Below, one piece after another: positions 57,374 to 64,000 of a stretch of DNA of 64,000 bases. A model generated the notes under the pieces. That model was not told where the DNA came from and did no database searches. It saw nothing but the letters and a program-made list of their open reading frames with translations. A program made the translations under genes and the position numbers. The stretch comes from Candidatus Fraserbacteria bacterium (lineage in GTDB: Bacteria > Bipolaricaulota > Bipolaricaulia > RBG-16-55-9 > JAJCYT01): assembly GCA_029262795.1 (NCBI GenBank), contig JAJCYT010000018.1:195762-259761 (forward strand). Direction: 5' to 3'. The number at the start of each line of letters is the position of its first letter. Positions within the stretch are counted from its first letter, which is position 1.

Positions 57374-59674
57374 ATGAAAAGGCTCTCTCAGTGGGTAATG
57401 GGGTATCCTGTGCTGGTGGTGATTGTGATTGCAGTCATCACGGCGGCATTGGGAGCTTTTGCCATAACGCTCGAACTTTCCACCGATCTACAAGAACTCT
57501 TGCCCAGTGATGACCCTGCCGTGCTTTCTTTCATCGAAACCAGCAAGCGTTACGGCTCTCAGGATTTTTTATTGATTGCCATTCATGATGAGACATCCAT
57601 TTTCAATCCGCGCACGCTGAAAAAAATCTGGGACTTGACTGATGATCTTCAGTCATTGTCTGACGATTGGGTGGAAGATATCCGCAGTATTTTCAATGCA
57701 GAAGTGATAAAGGGTGAGGAAAATGCCATCGTGGTTACCCCAGCTGCCGAGACACTGCCACAAACGCCTGAAGAAATTGAAGTTTTTAAGCAATTGATTC
57801 TGGGCGAACGGCTGCTCAGCCGTTTGTTGATTTCGGAAGACCAGCGCACCACGCTCATCATCCTGGAAGAACGCCCTGAAATTATCAACAGCGATGAGGC
57901 CATCAAGTTGACCGAAGCTGTGGCAGCGTTGGTGCCCCCATATGAAGGGCCGGAGGAAATTTATCTTTCTGGTGGTCCCTACATCCTGGCTCAAGTTCGC
58001 CAAGCCATGATTCAGGATTTGAGATCTCTGGTGCCTTTTGCCACGGTGATTTTGTTGTTCATCCTGTTTGTTAGCTTCCGCCAGTGGCGCGGGGTGCTGT
58101 TGCCAGTGACCGTGGCTTTGGTCAGTGTGATCTGGACGATGGGGTTGATGGCGATTGTGGGCTTTAAGCTGACGATTGTGGCAGTGGTCATTCCAGTCAT
58201 TTTGCTGGCCATTGCCGATGCGGACAGCATCCATATCTTAACCCGTTATCAGGAAGCATTGCATCACAATCCCAAACGAAAAGATGCACTGCTTCATGCC
58301 ATGATGCGCTTGGGTCAGCCCGTGTTTTATACCAGCATTTCTTCAGCTGTTGGTTTTCTGGGCCTGACCACCGCGTACAGCGTGATTATTCAGGAGTTTG
58401 CCATTGCCACCGCTGTGGGTATTTTGATTGCGATGCTCCTGTCATTCACGCTGCTGCCTGCATTGTTGGTGATGCTGCCAGCCAAAACCTCTCAGCATTT
58501 GGCACGTCAGCCTGGAAAATGGTTCGCGCGCTGGCAACTGGGGCAGACAGGCAAATATTGGGTGCGTGGGGCTGTGGTGCTGTTTTTGATCAGCATCGTT
58601 GGCATTACCCAAATTAAGATTAACAACAACCCATTGGATTATGTACGCTCAGACCTGCCGGTATCGCGCTCGGCACAGTTTGTGGAAAACACCTTTGGCG
58701 GCAGTTTGACACTGAGAATTTCTCTTGATACTGAAAAAGCCGATGGCTGGAAAGATCCTGAGTGGCTCACCAAAATTCAAGATTTACAACATTACATGGA
58801 ATCCCTGGAACACACTGGCATCAGCACCTCGATTGTGGATGTGGTACGCGAGCTTTACAAAACCACCAATGCCGATGATCCGGCTTTTGACACCATCCCC
58901 GACACAGCCAGGAAAGTGTCGGATGTGTTGCTGCCGGTAGAGTTTGGCGGCAGCCTGGATTTACGCACCCTCACCACCGCCAATTACCGCGAGGGGCAAG
59001 TCACCACCATCATTCGCTCGTTGCCATTAAAAGACCTTGATCCGCTGCTGGATGATGTCCGTGATTATCTGGCCACCCATTTTCCAAACACGCCTTATCG
59101 CCTGTCAGGCCAGCCCATGTTTGGCGAACGCGTAGGCGAAACGTTGGTGTCCAGTCAAGTAAACAGCTTTATGCTGTCGCTGTTTCTGGTGTGGGTGATG
59201 CTGCTGATCTTAACGCGCTCATTCAGGTTGAGTTTAATCAGCGTGGTGCCATTGATGTTTGCCGTCAGCGTCATGTTTGGCGTGATGGGCTTTATGGGCA
59301 TTGCCCTCGACATCGGAACGGTGATGGTTGCCAGCGTCGCCATTGGGATTGGAATTGATTTTGCCATTCACTTTATTTCTCAATATCGACAAGCCCGCGC
59401 CAGACTGGAGCCCGAACCTGCCATTCAAGAAGCGTTGGATTTAACCTGGCGTGCTTTGCTTTATAACACACTCAGCCTGGGCTTGGGTTTTTTGATAATG
59501 CTGTTTTCACAATTCACGGCCAACATTGCCTTTGGCGGCTTGATGGGCGTTACCGTGATTGTGGCCTTTGTCAGCACATTGCGCCTGGTGCCCGCCTTAC
59601 TGCTATCAACCATCAAGCTCGAAAACTTTAAAGTTTCCGTCTTGCTTAAAAACCTTGTTGCCATGCTTAAATAA
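57374..59674 (+). CDS. MMPL/RND-superfamily membrane transporter (HpnN-like)
   Basis: 766 aa; two 6-TM bundles each after a large periplasmic loop. Confidence 0.8.
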   Translation: MKRLSQWVMGYPVLVVIVIAVITAALGAFAITLELSTDLQELLPSDDPAVLSFIETSKRYGSQDFLLIAIHDETSIFNPRTLKKIWDLTDDLQSLSDDWVEDIRSIFNAEVIKGEENAIVVTPAAETLPQTPEEIEVFKQLILGERLLSRLLISEDQRTTLIILEERPEIINSDEAIKLTEAVAALVPPYEGPEEIYLSGGPYILAQVRQAMIQDLRSLVPFATVILLFILFVSFRQWRGVLLPVTVALVSVIWTMGLMAIVGFKLTIVAVVIPVILLAIADADSIHILTRYQEALHHNPKRKDALLHAMMRLGQPVFYTSISSAVGFLGLTTAYSVIIQEFAIATAVGILIAMLLSFTLLPALLVMLPAKTSQHLARQPGKWFARWQLGQTGKYWVRGAVVLFLISIVGITQIKINNNPLDYVRSDLPVSRSAQFVENTFGGSLTLRISLDTEKADGWKDPEWLTKIQDLQHYMESLEHTGISTSIVDVVRELYKTTNADDPAFDTIPDTARKVSDVLLPVEFGGSLDLRTLTTANYREGQVTTIIRSLPLKDLDPLLDDVRDYLATHFPNTPYRLSGQPMFGERVGETLVSSQVNSFMLSLFLVWVMLLILTRSFRLSLISVVPLMFAVSVMFGVMGFMGIALDIGTVMVASVAIGIGIDFAIHFISQYRQARARLEPEPAIQEALDLTWRALLYNTLSLGLGFLIMLFSQFTANIAFGGLMGVTVIVAFVSTLRLVPALLLSTIKLENFKVSVLLKNLVAMLK

Positions 59675-59794
59675 TTTTCAACTATTTAAGCATCAAGACC
59701 CAGTTAAAGAAGTCATCAAAAAATTCCAAAAAAATACCGACATCCAAATGTAAAAACCCTTGTTTTGGTGGGAGAATTTCCGATAATATAAGGC

Positions 59795-59998
59795 ATGGAA
59801 CCTTGGGTTCAGGCTTTGTTAGGAAGTGTAGGCGGAGGCATTGCATTGGCGACCGTTGCCCTGTTAATGGGCCTGCCTCGCATGGAGATGTTGCAGGGCG
59901 TCAAGTTCTCCAAAGCACAGAAAATTAAAACGTGGTTTGCTATCTTTGGAGTATTTACGGCATTTAGCTTTTTTGTGATGTCAATGGTTCAACCATAG
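59795..59998 (+). CDS. small membrane protein
   Basis: Two hydrophobic helices; 67 aa. Confidence 0.3.
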   Translation: MEPWVQALLGSVGGGIALATVALLMGLPRMEMLQGVKFSKAQKIKTWFAIFGVFTAFSFFVMSMVQP

Positions 59999-60008
59999 GG
60001 GTATTAAG

Positions 60009-60617
60009 ATGAAAAACATTCACTGGATTGCTTTAGCATTATTCACTGTTGTGGTGGCTGTAGTCGCAGTTTGGGCCAACTTGAATTTTCTCAACGTGGC
60101 ACCAGAAACAACATCGACAGAGACACCGTTCACAAATGATCAAACCACTTCCGATGCCACGCTGGCAACCGAGTCCACGGCCAACACAGATGTGGCTCAG
60201 TCGGAAACCGGTTTAAACACAAACGACAACAGCGAAAACACTGAAAACAGCGCCAATGGTTCTGGTACAAATTCGGACAATGCATCTGATAATTCCAGCA
60301 ACTCAACCGCCAACAATGATAATGTAGAAGTCTCTATTGGCCGTGGCTCCTGGGAAACAGACAAAAATGTGCCTCCCTTCCTGGTAATGAAAACTGTGTT
60401 TGAAGACTGGTTGGAGCAGGAAGATCGACAAGAATACAACCTGTTTGAAATGGACATTTATGTCAACAGTGATCTCACACGCTATTTGGCTGTGGGCAAA
60501 ATGTTTCAAAATGATGTCAAAAAGATTCCCAACCAATTAAAGCCGCAACTTAACCCTTGGGTGAAAGCCGAATATCAGGGCGATTTTGGCGATTATCGCA
60601 TTTATGAGTTGGAATAA
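60009..60617 (+). CDS. secreted/anchored hypothetical protein with Thr/Asn/Ser-rich low-complexity region
   Basis: N-terminal TM/signal IALALFTVVVAVVAVWA; GGGG-tail RBS. Confidence 0.4.
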   Translation: MKNIHWIALALFTVVVAVVAVWANLNFLNVAPETTSTETPFTNDQTTSDATLATESTANTDVAQSETGLNTNDNSENTENSANGSGTNSDNASDNSSNSTANNDNVEVSIGRGSWETDKNVPPFLVMKTVFEDWLEQEDRQEYNLFEMDIYVNSDLTRYLAVGKMFQNDVKKIPNQLKPQLNPWVKAEYQGDFGDYRIYELE

Positions 60618-60622
60618 TCACT

Positions 60623-61849
60623 TTGTTTTTCAACACGTTGAGTCTTGACGAAGCGCTGGAAATTTCGCTGTCCAAAGTCAACGCACTGCGTCAATCAGAA
60701 ACCATCAATGTCAAAAACATCATGGGTCGCATCTTGGCAGCGGACGTGTTTTCACCTGAAAACCTTCCTGGCTTTGACCGCTCCAGCATGGATGGTTATG
60801 CCGTGCTGGCCGAAGACACCTATGGTGCCAGCGAAGCCAGCCCCAAAGAGCTCAAACTGGTGGGTCGTATTGAGATGGGTCAGGACGCGTCTACACTCCC
60901 TACATTAAAAAATGGTGAAGCAATTGGCATTTCAACGGGCGGCATGTTGCCGCCTGGGGCAGATGCAATTGTCATCATTGAAGAAACTGAGCTGGAAAAT
61001 GATTGCCTGGTGGTGTTCAAACCCGCCGCGCCTGGCACGGCAGTCATTCGGGCCGATGAAGACTTTAAAGAAGGCGAACTGATTTTGCCTGCCGGTCATA
61101 AAATTCGGGCTCAGGATATCGGCGCATTGCTCGGAGTGGGAATCACACAGACAGAAGTGCTGACACAACTTCAGGTGGGTGTCATTTCCACCGGCGATGA
61201 ACTTGTACCGCCAGAGAAAAAAGTAACCTTGGGCCAAGTTCGAGACATCAACTCCTACACCACCACTGCACAAATATATGAACTCAATGCCACGCCAATT
61301 TCCTACGGCATTGTGGTCGATCAGCGTAAGCAATTGGCCGATGCGGTGTCCCAGGCGCTGGCGGAGTGTGATGCGGTATTGATTTCAGGTGGCTCATCGG
61401 TGGGGGTGCGAGATGCAACGATGGACATTCTGGATCACATGGGCGAAGTGTTTGTGCATGGCATCCGTGTGGCCCCAGGCAAACCCACCATCTTTGCCAT
61501 GTGTGGTGACAAACCGGTGATTGGCCTGCCAGGAAATCCGGTTTCCTCCATGATCGTGTTTGAAATTTTTGTCGCACCGATTCTGCTGAAACGAAGCGGC
61601 TCAACCCAACTAAAAAAATTCCCGGCGCAAGTTCGAGCCATCCTGGGCAAGAGCATCCCATCAGCGCGAGGGCGCGACGACTTTGTGCGTGTCAAGCTAT
61701 CTGAGCAGGGTGGGGTCACTCATGCGGAACCTATTTATGCGCACTCCAACAACATTTCCAGCCTCAGCAAAGCCGATGGCATTTTGCCCATTCCTGCCGA
61801 CGTGGAAGGGTTTGCCAGAGAGGAACACGTGGTGGTCGAACTATGGTGA
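60623..61849 (+). CDS. moeA: molybdopterin molybdotransferase MoeA
   Basis: MoeA N-domain, MoCF-biosynthesis domain (ISGGSSVGVRD), C-terminal domain. Confidence 0.8.
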   Translation: MFFNTLSLDEALEISLSKVNALRQSETINVKNIMGRILAADVFSPENLPGFDRSSMDGYAVLAEDTYGASEASPKELKLVGRIEMGQDASTLPTLKNGEAIGISTGGMLPPGADAIVIIEETELENDCLVVFKPAAPGTAVIRADEDFKEGELILPAGHKIRAQDIGALLGVGITQTEVLTQLQVGVISTGDELVPPEKKVTLGQVRDINSYTTTAQIYELNATPISYGIVVDQRKQLADAVSQALAECDAVLISGGSSVGVRDATMDILDHMGEVFVHGIRVAPGKPTIFAMCGDKPVIGLPGNPVSSMIVFEIFVAPILLKRSGSTQLKKFPAQVRAILGKSIPSARGRDDFVRVKLSEQGGVTHAEPIYAHSNNISSLSKADGILPIPADVEGFAREEHVVVELW

Positions 61850-63039
61850 AAAAAACGTACCTGGAAAAAGCCACGCTGGCTGATGCTTCCACTCGCTGGT
61901 TTGAAGTGCTGAAACAAGCTGGCTGTTTCCAGAAAATATCTGAAACCATTTCCACACTCGATGCATTTGAACGCATTACCTCAAAAGCCGTTGAAGCAAA
62001 ACGAGCCGTGCCTCATGTGAAAACATCAGCGATGGATGGCATTGCTGTTCGGGCTAACGAAACAGTGGATGCACGAATTGATCAAGCCTTGGTGCTGAAG
62101 CGAGATAAAGATTTTATCCAGGTGGATACTGGCGATCCTTTACCAGAAGATTGTGATGCTGTGATCATGGTCGAAGATCTGGATTTTTTGGATCAGAACA
62201 CCGTTGAAATTCGCAAAGCATCTTTTCCTGGTCAACACATCCGTCCACTTGGTGAGGATTTTGCAAAAGCCACTCCAGTTGTTGAGGTTCACAAAATTTT
62301 GAAACCGGAAGCCATTGCAGCTTGCCTGGCTTCTGGAAATGCTACAGTGGATGTTGTCAAAACCCCAAAGATTTTGGTCATTCCCACAGGCAGTGAACTG
62401 GCTGATCCGCTCGGAAACATTCCGCCAGAAAAATATCCTGAAACCAATAGCATGTTGTTTCGTGGTTATCTGAATCGCTGGAAGACTGAGCCCAGCATAC
62501 ATCCGTTGATTGAGGATGACGAGGCGCTGATCAAAGAGGCGGTTGCCAAAGGCATGGACGCTCACGACATGATTTTGATCAACGCCGGCACGTCCAAAGG
62601 TCGGGAAGACTTTACCACCTCCATCATCGAAGCGTTTGGCGAGGTGTTGGTGCATGGGGTATCGATGCACCCTGGACATCCAGTGGTGTTGGGTGTGATT
62701 CAAAACAAACCTGTCATCGGCGTGCCTGGCTATCCAGTCGCCACCTGGGTCACACTCCAACAATTTGTGCTGCCATTCCTGGAAAAATATTACGGTTGTG
62801 CACTACAGTCACGCCACATCATCAAGGCGAAATTAGACAAGAAAGTTTATTCCTCCATTGGAGAAATTGAGTTTATTCGTATTCGACTGGAAGAAACAGA
62901 CGATGGCTTAATCGCCCATCAAATCACAGGCAAGGCCAGTGCATTGTCTTCTCTGATCAATGCCAATGGCATTCTACAAGTGCCTGAAGCAGTGAGTGGC
63001 TACCCTCAGGGCGAAGAAGTAGACATCCTCTTGTTGTAA
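61843..63039 (+). CDS. second MoeA-family (gephyrin E-like) paralogue
   Basis: Same architecture (INAGTSKGREDF...GVPGYPVATWV); overlaps upstream moeA by 7 nt. Confidence 0.7.
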   Translation: MVKKTYLEKATLADASTRWFEVLKQAGCFQKISETISTLDAFERITSKAVEAKRAVPHVKTSAMDGIAVRANETVDARIDQALVLKRDKDFIQVDTGDPLPEDCDAVIMVEDLDFLDQNTVEIRKASFPGQHIRPLGEDFAKATPVVEVHKILKPEAIAACLASGNATVDVVKTPKILVIPTGSELADPLGNIPPEKYPETNSMLFRGYLNRWKTEPSIHPLIEDDEALIKEAVAKGMDAHDMILINAGTSKGREDFTTSIIEAFGEVLVHGVSMHPGHPVVLGVIQNKPVIGVPGYPVATWVTLQQFVLPFLEKYYGCALQSRHIIKAKLDKKVYSSIGEIEFIRIRLEETDDGLIAHQITGKASALSSLINANGILQVPEAVSGYPQGEEVDILLL

Positions 63040-63055
63040 CCAGCATAATGAATCT

Positions 63056-63577
63056 ATGCACATTGAAATTAAACCCAGCAATACATTAACGCCCACTGAA
63101 AAAGAAAAGTTGTTTGAATGGGGCGATGATATTTTTGGCGCAGCCGATACACCGTTTACAGAGTTGCCTCATCAATCGAAACAACATAGTTTTATCCTGT
63201 CTGAAAATGGCGAACCTGCCAGCCATGTCGGCATTTTGAAGCACACTGTACAGGTAGCTGGTCAGGCAATCACAGTGGGCGGCATTGGCGGGGTAGCCAC
63301 AAATCCAGCTTATCAAGGCAAAGGACACGCAAAACAACTCTTAAAAGAAGCAGCAAGTTATTTTAAGAATGAATGGCAAGTGGAATTTGGGATGCTTTTT
63401 TGCTTTGAAAGATTGGCCCCTTTTTATCAATCACTGGGCTGGCAAGCCGTTGAAGATGAAGTTTATGTCGATGTAGAAAATGGCAAAATACTTTGGACCA
63501 TTGAAACGATGGTGCTACCGTTGCAGACATCAAACTGGCCCGAAGGCCGTATAGATATCAACGGTTATTTTTGGTGA
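63056..63577 (+). CDS. GNAT-family N-acetyltransferase
   Basis: Acetyl-CoA motif GGIGGVATNPAYQGKGHAKQLL. Confidence 0.7.
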   Translation: MHIEIKPSNTLTPTEKEKLFEWGDDIFGAADTPFTELPHQSKQHSFILSENGEPASHVGILKHTVQVAGQAITVGGIGGVATNPAYQGKGHAKQLLKEAASYFKNEWQVEFGMLFCFERLAPFYQSLGWQAVEDEVYVDVENGKILWTIETMVLPLQTSNWPEGRIDINGYFW

Positions 63578-64000
63578 TTTAAACTGGAAAGTTTTTCCAA
63601 TGCCTGCTCAAATGAAACTTTTTCTTCATCGCCACTTTCCATATTTTTCAGGCTGACCACACCCGCTTCAACTTCGTCCGGGCCAACCACAATCACATAA
63701 GGAATTCCGTATGCATTGGCATATTTGAAATTAGCACTGGGACCACGACCAATCAAATCCATGTCAGTGTGAACGCCAGCAGCGCGAAGTTGATTGGCAA
63801 ATTTGACACAAGCCTCTGTGGTTTGAATCGGAACCAGATAGACTTGAACAGTGCTTTTCTTTAGATTTTCTTCACCTTGTTTATCTTTTAAAACTTCAAT
63901 AATCGGTTCTAAGCCAAATGAGATACCTACACCTGGAAATGATTCTTTGCTATTCATAAAATCGCCAACTAAATTATCATAACGGCCACCTGCTGCCAGC
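63565..64000 (-). CDS. hisS: histidine--tRNA ligase, C-terminal part (gene continues beyond window end)
   Basis: Reverse strand reads ...AAGGRYDNLVGDFMNSKESFPGVGISFGLEPI... (class II motif 3 region) then anticodon-binding domain VYLVPI...GIPYVIVVGPDEVEAG. Confidence 0.8.
   Translation of the reverse strand, partial: LAAGGRYDNLVGDFMNSKESFPGVGISFGLEPIIEVLKDKQGEENLKKSTVQVYLVPIQTTEACVKFANQLRAAGVHTDMDLIGRGPSANFKYANAYGIPYVIVVGPDEVEAGVVSLKNMESGDEEKVSFEQALEKLSSLNHQK

Overview
This 64-kb bacterial window has three parts. (A) Positions 1 to ~25.6k are host chromosome (GC roughly mid-50s % by eye) dominated by extracytoplasmic redox genes. (B) Positions ~25.7k to 53.28k are a markedly AT-richer (~27.5 kb) integrative element. 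(C) Positions 53.3k to 64k are ordinary host genes.

Part A contains:
- An operon of a tandem-duplicated DOMON-like secreted protein, a small membrane protein, a Rieske 2Fe-2S protein and cytochrome b.
- A CsoR-family repressor convergent with a Tat-exported cupredoxin.
- Two OmpR-type two-component systems.
- Several periplasmic TlpA/thioredoxin-like proteins and a glutaredoxin-like protein.
- A pentaheme cytochrome c.
- Three periplasmic-binding-protein type 1 (PBP1)-like secreted proteins.
- Four genes that the six-frame ORF track splits at an in-frame TGA. I read these as selenocysteine codons. Two are iodothyronine-deiodinase-like proteins (GSWY-U-PP[YF]), each directly followed by a PBP1-like gene. 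Two are two-domain thioredoxin-like proteins with a U-P-x-C motif. Each TGA sits at the redox-motif position, is conserved between paralogues, and is followed 12-15 nt downstream by a GC hairpin with GG/GU in the loop (bacterial SECIS-like).

Part B abuts the 3' end of a tRNA-Gln(CTG). It encodes a large serine recombinase whose ORF runs into the tRNA, a Rep_trans-like initiator, an XRE regulator, and a 3,533-aa multidomain surface protein with a T9SS C-terminal sorting domain but no signal peptide. It also carries a tight four-gene candidate defence operon: PLD(HKD)-SNF2 helicase, a ~1,190-aa gamma-class N6-adenine methyltransferase with an MmeI-like N-terminus, a RecF/SMC-like ATPase, and DUF262/DUF1524 (GmrSD-like) fused to AlbA_2. 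This gene set fits none of BREX, DISARM or classic type I/III restriction-modification as I know them.

Part C holds NUDIX, gamma-glutamyltranspeptidase, an MMPL/RND transporter, two tandem MoeA paralogues, a GNAT and the 3' part of hisS.

No rRNA and no CRISPR array were seen. All calls are from reading motifs in the sequence and ORF translations; no database searches were run.
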